From contig OZ024746.1 of assembly GCA_964016885.1 (NCBI GenBank), positions 86,738,001 to 86,802,000 of the forward strand: DNA of 64,000 nt. Direction: 5' to 3'. Under the pieces are notes generated by a model. That model saw only the letters and a program-made list of their open reading frames with translations, did no database searches and was not told where the DNA came from. Position 1 is the stretch's first letter; each line of letters starts with the position of its first letter. The position numbers and the translations under genes are program-made. Shown piece after piece: positions 1 through 12,657 of this stretch. Origin of the DNA: Eledone cirrhosa. Lineage: Eukaryota.

Positions 1-486
1 CCATATTCTGAACGGTAACTACAGAAAGCATTCTCCAAAGGAGATGAACTAGATTTGTCTAGTCTTAAATAAAACGACGCATTACTCAATAAAAGTGTGT
101 ACGCTCGGATTTTTTCCTTGTTTCTTTTATTTTCCTGTGACGTTTGTTCCTGTACACATAAATAACTATTACTTACAAGCATTGACGTAAATATGAAGAT
201 GTTGCTGACACAAATAATGCACCTGCAAAGTTAGCAGCTCCACGTAGATTGGTTACAAATAAGAACGAAAACAGATAAGAATATTTAGCAGAAATATATG
301 GCTTATATTGATAAGAATATTTATCAGATATCTATGGCTTATATTGTCTGGTTTGTGTCTTGCAGAGAGTTTTCCTGTTTGTCTTGCGACGGTTTATATT
401 TGGTCTTAATTCAATTTCGTGTCTCGGTTTGAAATATCTTAATGTGAAATGTAAAACCGTCCGGTAACTGATCTCCTCACCCCCCC

Positions 487-529
<43 letters not shown>

Positions 530-579
530 GTATTGAGTACCTTATTTAGGGTGGTTACTCCCGATTGAATCCGGGATAA

Positions 580-639
<60 letters not shown>

Positions 640-646
<7 letters not shown>

Positions 647-829
647 ATACAGGACAAAGTAGAGACACAAAATAACACCACTGAGGAGGTCACAGAACGT
701 TTGATGAAAGAGCTTTAGTGACAATCAACAACTAAACAACCAAGGTATGACCCTTCCTAAGTATAACTAAGTGTGTAAGTGCGTGTGTGTGTTGACATCT
801 TAAGGATACTAGCTTAATTAAAACATTGA

Positions 830-832
<3 letters not shown>
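640..832 (+). mobile_element. Short hammerhead-bearing insert in (TA)n (Penelope-like pLTR-type fragment), family A
   Basis: Flanked by (TA)n. Homologous to 1872-2130 on the opposite strand (shared catcttaaggatactagcttaattaaaacattga and the hammerhead segment). Confidence 0.6.
676..720 (+). ncRNA. Minimal type I hammerhead ribozyme motif with imperfect stems
   Basis: cacca-CTGAGGA-ggtcacagaacgtttgat-GAAA-gagc-TT-tagtg. Both core boxes are present; stem I has one mismatch. Confidence 0.6.
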
Positions 833-874
<42 letters not shown>

Positions 875-877
<3 letters not shown>

Positions 878-1027
878 CGAAGGAAGTCTGGTAAGGAACC
901 AAATAGACCATAACGCACCAGACTACTCAATACTTAGGGTAGTAGAGCTCAAGCCGTTTCGGCGGCTATTTTTGGACTAAATAGCTGTCGAAACGGCTTC
1001 AGCTCTTCGGGGTTAAACTTTTTCCTA
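875..1027 (-). mobile_element. TA-embedded hairpin+tail element, family B (internally deleted)
   Basis: Shares ggtaaggaacca..gaccataacgcaccaga.tactcaatacttagggtagtagag with the other copies. Strand is defined as hairpin to tail. Confidence 0.75.
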
Positions 1028-1167
1028 TATAGCTGTCTAAACGTCATGTTATAACTTTAAGGTAAAATTCCTTATTGAGCGCTTTAGCTGCACATCCCAA
1101 CTGCATTCGTTAGTTTGGCTGCAACCAGAGGTTCGATTAAGCTGTACTTCCTTTATATATATATATA

Positions 1168-1361
1168 TAGGAACAAGTATGACCCCGACGGCAGAGCTGA
1201 AGCCGCCCCGACGGCTATCTCTGGACGGAGTTAGCCTTCGGGGCGGCTTGAGCTCTGCCGTCGGGGTCATACTTGTTCCTATTACCCACTCTACTACCCT
1301 AAGTATTGAGTACTTGGGTGCGTTATGGTCCATCTGGTTCCTTACTCTATTTCCTTCGTTA
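1168..1361 (+). mobile_element. TA-embedded hairpin+tail element, family B
   Basis: About 50-bp inverted arms (taggaacaagtatgaccccgacggcagagct... / ...agctctgccgtcggggtcatacttgttccta), then an ~80-bp conserved tail, with (TA)n on both sides. Confidence 0.8.
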
Positions 1362-1378
1362 TATATATATATATATAT

Positions 1379-1778
1379 ATGTATAATATTTCGTATCTCC
1401 AAAGAAATACAGTTTTAGGAAGCCGTAGCTATGCAAACACCGGGGGCTAACGCTCTCTGGTGATGTCCAGCAGAAGTTGAGCCAACTTATGCAGCTTCAT
1501 ATGCAAATGACATTAATCACCTCATTTACACAGACGAGAAAACTATATATTCTCAGCTGTCGTCTAGTCCAGCAGTCGCAAGCGGTGGGAGGCACCGTCC
1601 TGACGAAGGCCAGTTAAGCCTGAAATGCAGAGACGGTTGTCACCCTTGCTTCTGCTGGACATCACCAGAGGGCGTTAGCCCCCCCGGTGTTTGCATAGCT
1701 ACGGCTTCCTAAAACTGTATTTCTTTGGAGATACGAAATATTATACATATTGTGTAAAGCTATGCTTGAAGCGAAATC

Positions 1779-1790
<12 letters not shown>
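1379..1790 (+). mobile_element. Penelope-like short insert: inverted 5' copy, hammerhead motif and 3' extension
   Basis: 1379-1476 is the reverse complement of 1649-1748. The right arm continues ~40 nt to (TA)n. Hammerhead motif at 1594-1637. Confidence 0.7.
1594..1637 (+). ncRNA. Type I hammerhead-like motif with GA at the UH cleavage position
   Basis: accgtc-CTGACGA-aggc(cagttaa)gcct-GAAA-tgca-GA-gacggt. Perfect stems I and II; palindromic stem III. Confidence 0.65.
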
Positions 1791-1833
<43 letters not shown>

Positions 1834-1871
1834 TACTGAGACGGAATCATCGGACAAAATCGTTTTAATAC

Positions 1872-1909
1872 CCACTCAATGTTTTAATTAAGCTAGTATC
1901 CTTAAGATG

Positions 1910-2003
<94 letters not shown>

Positions 2004-2130
2004 ATACTTTGGGATGGTCTTGCATTGCTTGTTTAGTTCTTGACTGTCACTAAAGCTCTTTCATCACACGTTCTGTGACCTCCTCAGTTTTGTTATTTTG
2101 TGTCTCTCCTTTGTTCTGTCTTACACCATC
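1872..2130 (-). mobile_element. Family A insert, second copy, with expanded internal (CA)n
   Basis: Reverse complement of 640-832. Minus strand 2048-2092 reads CTGAGGA-ggtcacagaacgtgtgat-GAAA-gagc-TT-tagtg. Confidence 0.6.
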
Positions 2131-2419
2131 TTATATTTGTGAGTTGTGTAATTGGGGTGCGCATGCGTTATATCCGAGTTTGTGTTTTTTAATTTATTTA
2201 TTTGTTTATATATTTATACTAGAATGTCTTCCATATGTATATGTGTGTGCTTGTGTGTGAGTGTATATGCATACATTTATATGTATGAGTATATAAATAT
2301 AAACGAACAAACACAGGCACACTTACAAAAATACACACTCACAGACATATATTCACAAACTGACATACTCAACCCACACACCTACATTCACACAAATACA
2401 CACACACATACATTTACAA

Positions 2420-2508
2420 TATGATTCTGTCACTACACGTAAAGAGAGAGGAGTAGTGTGACTACCTCATACTACTCCTCTCTCTTTACGTGTTGTGACA
2501 GAATCGTA
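2420..2508. repeat. Fold-back inverted repeat (~40-bp arms)
   Basis: atgattctgtcactacacgtaaagagagaggagtagt / actactcctctctctttacgtgttgtgacagaatcgt. Confidence 0.85.
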
Positions 2509-3464
2509 GCAATTTATATATATAGATATGTATTTATTAATTTTCTCTCTTTCATACTAGTCACAAGCTGGTTACTTGTTCTATCTGTGTGTGTTTGGTT
2601 AATTTAGTTAAGTTAGTTCTTGCGAGGCTTTATATGTCTTTAGACCTGAAGTAACCAACTTATGATGCATTCCTGTCGTGACAACTCTGTATATGTTGCT
2701 GACAATGTGTGTACCTACAATTACTTTAATCAATGTATCTTTCCGAAATTTAAGACAGTAAGATGTGATTTGACAGAAATGTAGGTGCTACTTCTAGTAA
2801 ATCAAATAATCACGTTGAGAATTGTTGACATAATCGCTGAATTCATAAGTATCACTCTGTATCGAAAACTGTATTAATATAAAGCACAATTTCAGCCAAA
2901 AAGCTGAAGCCAAACAATTCCACTCATTGATTAATCTCAGTAAAAAACAGTATTTTCGCCTCCTAGTAACAATAAACACATCAGATATTATGATACCATA
3001 TTATGTAAAATGTTATAGAAATTTGTTCTTTTAAGATATGTTTCTCGTACTATGTATATAAAACATACTTTCAATAAAGTATGTTTTAACGCTTCACTGT
3101 TAGGTTTGTATGATCGAGTTAATCCGATCCATTATCTGCTTTAACCCAACCACATTCCATTTGCTTCTTCTTAGCAGAGTTTTCTCAGAAGGAAGCTTTC
3201 AGTCAAAGTACCACGTTTGTTAACAATATTCTCCATTCAATATACATGCGTTGAAGGCGCTGAAATATAAAGAGGCATGGGCAATGCACTTTTCTACCTA
3301 TCAAACTGGTACTAAATTGCTAACACTCAGTTAACTCACAAAAAGATAACGTAAATCGAATAAACAAATTTATCTAAATGCCCCCTATCTCAGAATTATA
3401 ACATGTATAGATTTACAGATTGTTTCCGTAAAATGGAAACCTATATATCAATAATTAAAGATTA

Positions 3465-3829
3465 CAGTTGTAATCCGATATTCGCTGGTGTTACGTTCCT
3501 AAAGCACCCTCGAAAAGCGAAACACCGCGAACATTGGATGTGTTCCATAAAAATGCCTATAAAAGTCAAAATATAACGTATAGCATGATTAAAAAAAGGG
3601 AGCGTCTTATACGAAGAGGCGTCTAACAGGCAGGCAAACATGGTATATTGTTATTAATAATTTAGCGTTAGAAAATGATATATTGCCAAGAAAAAAGATA
3701 TAAAATATCGCGGAAGATTCCGCGAATATGCTGTAGTTTCCACGAAAAATCATTATTTAGTTTCAAATGAAAATTCCGCAAATAGCCGGAACCGCGAATT
3801 TCGGGACTGCGAATGTTGAGAGTACACAG
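3465..3829. mobile_element. Degenerate Tigger/pogo-like MITE
   Basis: Imperfect terminal inverted repeats (cagttgtaatccgatattcgc / gcgaatgttgagagtacacag) and repeated ccgcgaa motifs. Family assignment is by resemblance. Confidence 0.35.
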
Positions 3830-4852
3830 ATTGTTTCCGTAAAATAGGAACCTATATATTAATAATCAAAGATTATTTATACATCGGAATACTTAAACAA
3901 TAACTTTGATCCTTTTTCGTCTTATACTAAATGGAAACATTTCGAAGATCTCAAATCGGCTATTTACATGTCATTGCTAAAGAATGGTATTCTATTTTTT
4001 ATAAGAAATAAAATCTCACAACCCACATAAAATATAAACACAAAAAAAAAAAGAAAAAAAATGGAAAGCTAGAAGAAGAAATTAGATTTATACTTTGAAA
4101 CTCGAACAATGTGTTAGACTCTGTTTTTTTTTCTCTTTAGCTATAAGTTTTCTTTCATATTATTCTGAAATCCTATAAATGCTTGGCATGTTATGTAATA
4201 TATATACAAAAATGTGAAGAAATTTAATTTGGTAAAAATGTAAGACATAAATCCCTGTGGCAAACCGAGTTCTTGTCTCTTAGCTACACATATTATATTA
4301 AATATGATGTCGATATTATTGCTATGTAATGGAACAAAAGAAAAATATATTTATTTCTCATTATAAATTTTGATTTATTTTTGTACAGACAAGATTCCTA
4401 ATCTTATACCTGTTATTTTAGTAGGATTTCATTAATTTGGTTTGAAGTTTTACACCATAAGAATTAAAAGCGTGGTTTGTCCATTCTCAGCACTGATTTT
4501 GAGTGGCAAATTAGTTAATAGCAATCTCCTTGCAAGAACAACGAACGGGTATAAGTTTATATATTTTTAGTTTGCCTGTGTAGGTTATGTTGGGTCGGAG
4601 TTAAAAGTTTTGAATATGAATTTATAAGTTTTGTAAATCAATTGTATGCGACCAAAATTATATGTTGTGTTTAACGTAATCTTACACCATAGAAATAGAT
4701 TAGGATGTAATCTTTAACTTACCCTACTCTCTTCTTTATATACATACATAGTCACATACAGATATGCATACATACATACATAGTCACATACATACATACA
4801 TTCATACATACATACATAGTCACATACATACATACATACATACATCCATACA

Positions 4853-5328
4853 TCATGGCTGCAAACTCTGCTGAGAGTATTGCAATCGCTTGTCAGATTA
4901 TAGAATTTGGTCCACTGTTAGTCTACGGCCAGTTACACAAACCTTTAACATATCCTGAACAAGCAATGCCTGTCCGTTGAAGGTTTTTTAAATGGAGAAA
5001 GTCCTTGCACTCGACCAAATCCACTCTCTGAACATCGAAAGCACTACCCGAAAAGGAGAACTGGTCAAAATCATCGGATACTTCCGAAGCCGCAGTTTTC
5101 TTTTCTCCCAGGTCAGAAAAAAGAAAGTACCATTTGGATGGCCGTTGACTCTGTTGAGTTCCTCCGCCCTTTACCGGGTCTTGTATTTCATCCTGCAACG
5201 TGTCCAAATATCACCCTCCTCACCAAGAAAGCTTAGTGGGGTTGCCAGTTTAGTCACCAACGACACGACCATGAGACAGGTTGTACTGGGTTACATGTTA
5301 CCAGTAGCAGTCAAGAGTGTCCAGACAT
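4853..5328 (-). mobile_element. Non-autonomous RTE-type retroelement (family C) in (TACA)n
   Basis: 3' half matches 47270-47640 and 5' head matches 47670-47830 and 42730-42885. Ends in gcagccatgatg(tatg)n. Confidence 0.6.
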
Positions 5329-6588
5329 AATACATACATACAGACAGACATGATGGCTGCAAGTCGATTTCGAGTAATGCCATCGCTAGATACTTACGCA
5401 TGAGCATTACCGTCGTGGCTTTTTAGTTTTGCTAACCTATGGCCAACAATGACAAAAATGCATCACGAAAAAATGTCATATACCAAGTGTGATTGAAGCC
5501 TTTTTAAGCTTACATACATACATGCAAAGATATGGATGTTTCCATACATGAATAAGTACGTAAGGAATATCTAAGTGTCTCTTTTAGGGTTTCGAATCTG
5601 GCTCTTTCCCAGCAGTTATAATTATATTAGCCCAGTAAATCTGTTACATATAATATGACAGCCCGCCACTAATTTCAATACAATTTACTTCTTCAGCAGT
5701 GAGCGCAAAATGACATTCGTTAAAATCCTCTTAAAATCCCTGTCGTGGGAAATATCAGATATGAAACATAAAAATATGTTATGATTCAGATACTCTCAGG
5801 TCTCAAATAATCGTTTCTAGTGCTTAATAATTTTTCAGATTGCCTTCCTCTCCCGATAATTAAATTTTTATTAAAATCTATCTCTGGGGAAATTTCATTT
5901 TAAGTGGTAGCATTTCCGCGACAATTAATCATCTTTAGTTATAAAAAATATGATACATGACAAAGTACATTACTAGAGATCCCATATGTTATGAAATATA
6001 TAGGATGGGTGGGGTCTCGATATAGAAACTAAACGACTAATTCTATATTAAAAAAATCAACTGAGACAACCCATAAAATTCTGATTTTCCAGTCCCTTCG
6101 CTTATTCCAACCTCCCGCTTATTCGAACTTCCCTGCTTATAATTTCTTAATTCAATTCCCTAATGCATATACCAGCTGGCTACTAGCATTGATGTTATTC
6201 AGTAGCTATCGAAATCTCCCCCTTCCCCAATTGACACTTCATAATTAATACTACTACACCAAATGACCAGCCCTGTCCACTGTCCAATTGGTCAAGTATA
6301 GATTAAAATTGGCACTCCCAAAAATTCTTATTTAGATAAAATAAACCATTTACTCATGGTATTCTCATTAGAAACCCTTTATATACTTGTTTAGCAGTAA
6401 ATTGAATTACCATCTGTCATATACTATCCCCTCTCTTCTTCCTCTATTACTAATATAAATACTTCAATTTTTCTGATTTTATCCAATTTATCCAAAATCT
6501 CTGAAGAAGTGACAACTGATTATACATTTGCTATCGAATACTTGCTAACATTATATGATTACGCAAGCAGCGATACATAGGTATTCCG

Positions 6589-6665
6589 TCTGTTACAGAA
6601 ACATATGTCAATACCTAATAAATTCCTTTTTAAAAAAAGCACTTTCATTTTATATTCATCTTTTC

Positions 6666-6701
<36 letters not shown>

Positions 6702-6776
6702 GAAAAGATGAATATAAAATGAAAGTGCTTTTTTTAAAAAGGAATTTATTAGGTATTGACATATGTTTCTGTAACA

Positions 6777-6778
<2 letters not shown>
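6589..6778. repeat. Perfect long palindrome centred on (TA)n, with a hammerhead 3' half in each arm
   Basis: About 80-bp arms are exact reverse complements (the ORF track gives the same peptide start on both strands). The arm begins ctgttaca-GAAA-catatg-TC-aataccta. Confidence 0.9.
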
Positions 6779-6826
<48 letters not shown>

Positions 6827-7026
6827 GGAAATTAGTAAAATCGAATCTCTGGCGGTTTGCAAGTAAATTCGGCCTACTTATATGAAATGATGAGTTAGCA
6901 AAGCACTCGATAAGATAGGGCCTTAGAGTAATAACACGTTTAGATAGCTTGACAAATCGAACATTGTGGTAGGCGAATCTAACACACAATATATACCAAA
7001 GTAACGATAGAACTAATCAGGTTGAG

Positions 7027-7161
<135 letters not shown>

Positions 7162-7349
7162 ATTTGGGGCGGATCATATTGTTATAATTTGGCGAGAAAT
7201 AGTAATAGAACACACTCACTGTTTGGTTTGGATTGCTTTTCGCTTCTGTATCTTTTATAACTCCATAGTTAATTTATCTGGCAATCAATGTTTATCATTG
7301 ATTGACCAACGGTTAAAAATACAGATATAAATATATATATATATATATA

Positions 7350-7683
7350 GTCTATCAAAGTCACACATTTGTGACATCATTAGTGGTACTATTACGTTTC
7401 CTCCCGTTTATTTTCTACACCATTTTTATTTATTTAATTAATTTATTTATTCTTGTCTCTGTCTCTATATATACGATATTAACAAATGGACACTATATTT
7501 ATAAAACCATATTTATTTCATTATACATATTTCAAGGACACCAAGTTAAATTATGGTGTGCTTTCATCAGATAAAATATAATATAGAGCAGTTTTATAAA
7601 TAAATATTGACATACCCTTAAAGAATGCAACCATTACTGTTGGAAGCTGCCAATGGTTGCATTCTTTAAGGGTATGTCAATAT
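7350..7683 (-). mobile_element. TA-embedded insert: 5' fold-back, hammerhead and tail
   Basis: Hairpin 7604-7683 (32-bp arms), hammerhead 7516-7576, (TA)n on both flanks. Confidence 0.7.
7516..7576 (-). ncRNA. Type I hammerhead ribozyme, complete core
   Basis: Minus strand: ttttat-CTGATGA-aagcacacca(taatttaact)tggtgtcctt-GAAA-tatgta-TA-atgaaa. Stem I is 6-8 bp with one G.U, stem II is 9/10 bp, stem III is near-palindromic. Confidence 0.8.
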
Positions 7684-7688
7684 ATATA

Positions 7689-7720
<32 letters not shown>

Positions 7721-7749
7721 TAAACGAAGGGCTCCTGCAGTATTCGCCT

Positions 7750-7870
7750 TCCAAATTCGCAATCACAAATGATTATTTAACCTGAGGTTATAGCAGACAA
7801 CAGTTGCTCAAGAGATCATACAGTTGGTTTGAATCCAAAGACACATGGTTAAACACATTCAGATCACTTC
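7750..7870 (-). mobile_element. Old CORE-type SINE fragment
   Basis: cagttgctcaagagatcatacagttggtttgaatcc resembles a reversed B-box plus CORE segment; highly diverged. Confidence 0.3.
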
Positions 7871-8061
7871 TACAGTCTGTGCAATTTTATCATTTCACAG
7901 AATATTTATATGCTGGTTTCTTGGATATGATTTACCTGTTGCTGAGCTACATTTTGGAAAACACATAAGACTTCTCGAAAAGATGAAAGGGACACAATGA
8001 ACGTAAACACACATACAGCAAGTAAGGACCGACCACCAATGTGAAAATTATTCACATAAGA

Positions 8062-8822
8062 ATAAATTGTTTCTACCTTAGGCACAAGGCAAGGGGAGGG
8101 GAAAGTCGATTAAATAGACCCCAGTGCATTACTGATGCTTTATTTTATCGACCCCATAAGGATGGAAGGCAAATCTAGCCTTGGCGGGATTTAAAATCAG
8201 AACGTATAGGGCCATAACTCTATGCTACTAAGCGTGGTGTCTAACGCTGTACCGACACTGCCAGTACACCACCTTAACAATAATAATAATAATAATGATT
8301 TCTACTATAGGCACAAGGCCAGCAATTTGGGGGAGGGGAAAGTCGATTAAAATCGACCCCAGTACGTTACTGGTACTTTATTTTATCGACCTCGTAAGGA
8401 TGAAAGGCAAAGTTAACCTCGCAGGGTTTTGAACTCAGACCGTAAAGGACCGTAACTCTATGTTGCAAAGTATGTTGTCCCACTCTCTGCCGATACTGCC
8501 AATCCAATCCAATAATAATTGTTTCTACTTTTGGCACAAGGCCAGCAATTACCCAGTGCATTACTGGTACTTTATTTTATCGACCCCGTAAGGATGAAAG
8601 GCAAAGTCAACCTCGGCGGGATTTGAACTCAGATCGTAACGGGACGTAACTATGCTGGAAAGCATGGCGTCCGACCCTCTACCGATACTGCCAATAATAA
8701 TAATAATGGTTTCTGATTGAGGCACACGGCCAACAATTTTTGGGGAAGGGAAAGTCGATTAAATTTAAGCCAGTGCCTTACTGGTACTTTATTTTATCGA
8801 CCCCGACGGTATTTGAACTTGG
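8062..8822 (-). mobile_element. Four head-to-tail copies of a tRNA-derived SINE (Nin/Deu-like central domain)
   Basis: Copies at about 8062-8275, 8295-8505, 8515-8692 and 8705-8822. A-box tggcagtatcgg, B-box gagttcaaa, domain tttgcctttcatccttacggggtcgataaaataaagtacc, (ATT)n tails. Confidence 0.85.
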
Positions 8823-9302
8823 AAAGTTCATATAATGATCATAATATACTATATACAAACAAGTACAGCTGCATATTTAGCAAACATTCATCATTTAATC
8901 TAGTTTAATATTCAATCATTTTGGTAATTGATGTTTTACTTCTAAATACACACAACTATTATTACTGTATGTCTACTAAATTCGTAAAGCAAAAAAAAAA
9001 AAAAATGGAATCCAACAAACAACAAAAGCATTAATGAAACATGAATTATAGCTTCTACAGGTTTGCCAAGTTCTTTTAAGAGATTTGCTTGAATTTAGTA
9101 AAAGATGCAGAAATCACGATAAGAGATTTATTTGAATTGAAATTGGCATGAGTAAGCTCGAGATTCTCCTTGATGAATCTATATAAAATATCTACTCTCA
9201 GCATCGATGACTGTCTCAATACAAGGCTTAAAACGTTGACAAACACGAACCAGATGAACGTTATCTACTTCAGACACTGTACTTGATATAACTGAGTTTT
9301 TA

Positions 9303-9965
9303 CAGTGTTATAGGTGTGTTGATTGACTTCCAACTCGACTACCCCACCCTCATCCATAATATTCCAGTGAATTCAGGTCGGGGGAACTAGGAGGTTATGT
9401 GTTTGGAGCAACATTATTGTAGAGATTGTAGTGCATCATTTCTGGCGTGGCCTTGTCATTATGAGATGGTGCAGTCTTATTTGTAGCTATACGGTCTTCG
9501 TTTGCTCACACTCTCTATCCAACGCCTTACAACCATCTCCAAAACTCTTGATATTTCAACTTGTTCATCAAGTGGTATGCGCGAATCAGACGGTTATATT
9601 TTCTCTTAAGAAATATGAATTTGCCTCTCTGCATCACATATAACTTATATCGAAGGTCCTTATGAACAATTACTCAAATAGTGTGCCCTGAAACTTTGAG
9701 TTGCCTAGCAATGGTGCTGAATGACCTTCTGGTGTTCGTATTGATAATTTTATGTACCCTTCGTACGGATTCGGGTGCTTTGACGGCATTATCTCCCTTA
9801 ACAAGCGTTCTCCGTTTGGCTACTGCTGTAGAATCCTCATCGGTCGCTTTCAGCTATTTGCGAACTTTGATAACAAACAAGCGCGAAACTTTCACTATGA
9901 TCTGCCTTTAACACAACTATTACAGCATATTTGTTCATTTGTTGAGTTAGCCTGATATCTGCCAT
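9303..9965 (-). pseudogene. Tc1/mariner-superfamily transposase relic with stops, frameshifts and an internal deletion
   Basis: Hand translation of the minus strand: MADIRLTQQM..., SFSTIARQLKVSGHTI*VIVHKDLRYK (HTH-like), ...*PPSSPDLNSLEYY (variant of WPPxSPDLNPxD). Confidence 0.75.
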
Positions 9966-10739
9966 GGTTTATTTGAAAGGAAATAATAATAAGAACAAAA
10001 AATGTTCGACAAATTACAAGACGTGTCCTCAGAAACCTGAGCAAATCTGTAGATAAAGGTGAAAGTGTACAGTAATTGCTGTTCATTTCGGCGAAAAAAT
10101 AATGCTTTTGGCCACCTTTCTACATCAGTTTGATTTTTGCTCGATGTGATCTTTTAAATACTAGTATATTTGCTCTTTAAATAAGGGTGAGTTTTATATA
10201 CCAATGCATATTATAATCCGAAAAATACAGCCATTCGATTTTGGTAGTAAATTACGGCATAACATATTGAAATACTGTGTAACTATATTTGTACTGGTTG
10301 TTTAGCCTCAGATCACGCCAACTTCAACTAACCTTTGATTAAATACCATTTCTTATATAACCATATTATGTGTTTTTATATACCAGAATAGACAATTTCT
10401 AAAGGCGATGCCCCAGCATGGCCTCAGCCGTAAGGCTGGAACAGGTAAAAGAGTAATGTCTAGCAAACTAAATTTCCCATCTTCTCAATTTCCCTCACAC
10501 TGCTTCGGTGGACACGAAAATAAGGAGTGAACCCAGGGCTTCACGATTGTGAACCGAAATTGTGTACTTTTCAGTTAAAGCTTCCTCGACAAACACAAGT
10601 TCATACACACATAAAATTGAATATATGCGTAGCAAACACACAGACACATGCCTTTTAGTAGAAACATATATATATACAACCACGCACATTCATACACATA
10701 AAGTACACTTAAAAACCTCCCATGTTCATAGCCATCCTC

Positions 10740-11003
10740 ACAAAAATGTTAACACATACCTGCACGTACACACACACACACACATACACACACACACGCA
10801 CACACACACAAGCACACACACACTCGCACACACACTAACACACACACAAACACAAGTAAGGACATATATTCAAATGCTTCAATGCACAAAACAGAATGAT
10901 CACAAAAGCAGAAAAAATTCAAGGAACTTCGCTTTGGTTCACAGCTTCTTCAAATATCAAGGATATATATTTTACTTGTATATGACCTTTTTCCCTTTCA
11001 TCA

Positions 11004-11063
<60 letters not shown>

Positions 11064-11083
11064 CCTCTCTCCCTTTCTCTCTC

Positions 11084-11122
<39 letters not shown>

Positions 11123-11158
11123 GTATATCTATATATATCTCTCTCTGTATATATATAT

Positions 11159-11189
<31 letters not shown>

Positions 11190-11247
11190 GACACACACAC
11201 ACACGCGCACACACACGCGCACACACACGCGCGCACCCCCCCCCAAC

Positions 11248-11296
<49 letters not shown>

Positions 11297-11770
11297 TGTA
11301 TGTATATGTGTCTTCGTATCAAATCTCACATTCGTATCTTCGGCTATGAACTTAGAAGACATCAAAGTATTTACTTAATTTTCTGGCTTCAAAACAGACG
11401 TTTTCTTTCAAAATATTCATTCTTTCTATCCTTTTCTAGTAATTCGTCCTTTCCTTCCATCTTTCTTTCTATCTTTCTCTTTTCTTTCTTTCTTTTTGTC
11501 TCTCTTTCCTTCTCTCTCTGTTTAATTCAGTCTTCTTTTAGTTCAACCATTATTATCATCCGTAGTTTCTAGATGTTTCTCCTTGATTCATTTCGCTGTT
11601 TCTTTCATTTCATTATTGATTCTCTTTGTCTTCCATATATTACTACAAACATACGTTTCTCTTTTCTTTCTTTCCTAATTTGCGTTAATATCCGTATACC
11701 TATTCATTCGTTTCACCCAACCGGCAAAGCCCCCCCCTCTCTCTCTATATATATACATACATACATATAT

Positions 11771-11846
<76 letters not shown>

Positions 11847-11995
11847 ATATGTATATATGTATATATGTATATATATATGTATATATGTATATATGTTTAT
11901 ATATCTTTATCTATCTATCAATCGATCTATTTATTCTTCTAGTCATCGTTGTATATATACGTATGTATATTTATATCTATCTCTCTATCTCTCCC

Positions 11996-12082
<87 letters not shown>

Positions 12083-12130
12083 GTATGCATCTATCTATTC
12101 ATCTTCTTAGACATCTATTTATCAACGGCA
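10740..12130. repeat. Compound microsatellite region: (CA)n, (TCTA)n, (TA)n, pyrimidine-rich tracts
   Basis: Directly visible simple repeats. Confidence 0.95.
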
Positions 12131-12624
12131 TATACCTTTCTCACCCACACATACCCCCTCTCTCTTTCCCTCTGGCTGTTTCATTCTCCTCTTTCTCTAT
12201 CACTCCCCCTTCCTCTCTCCCCTCTCTCTATACATATACATATTGCTGCCCCTTCATGTTTCCTTTTTTTTGCTTTAGTAATAACAAGAATCTTGGATAT
12301 ATCTGTTTTATTTAAATGAAGGACTTTGGGCTACATTTCGATGGTTTGACGTATTGTATGTAAAGTTTGCCAGAAAAATTGTTTTAGAGTTTATCTACTT
12401 TGTAGTAACTCATTGATAAATTGCCCCGTAGACTACAAAATTACATCAAATAGAAGTACTGAATAATGGCAATTCTTTGCTGTTTGTTATTGGAAGTAAA
12501 CACAATACACAGAATTCTAAATAAGCAAAAGAAAACAAAACGTAATAATACTCGATAAGTACGCGAATGTGTAACTCTCTCTCTATATATATATAAAGAC
12601 ACACACACACATATATATATATAA

Positions 12625-12657
<33 letters not shown>

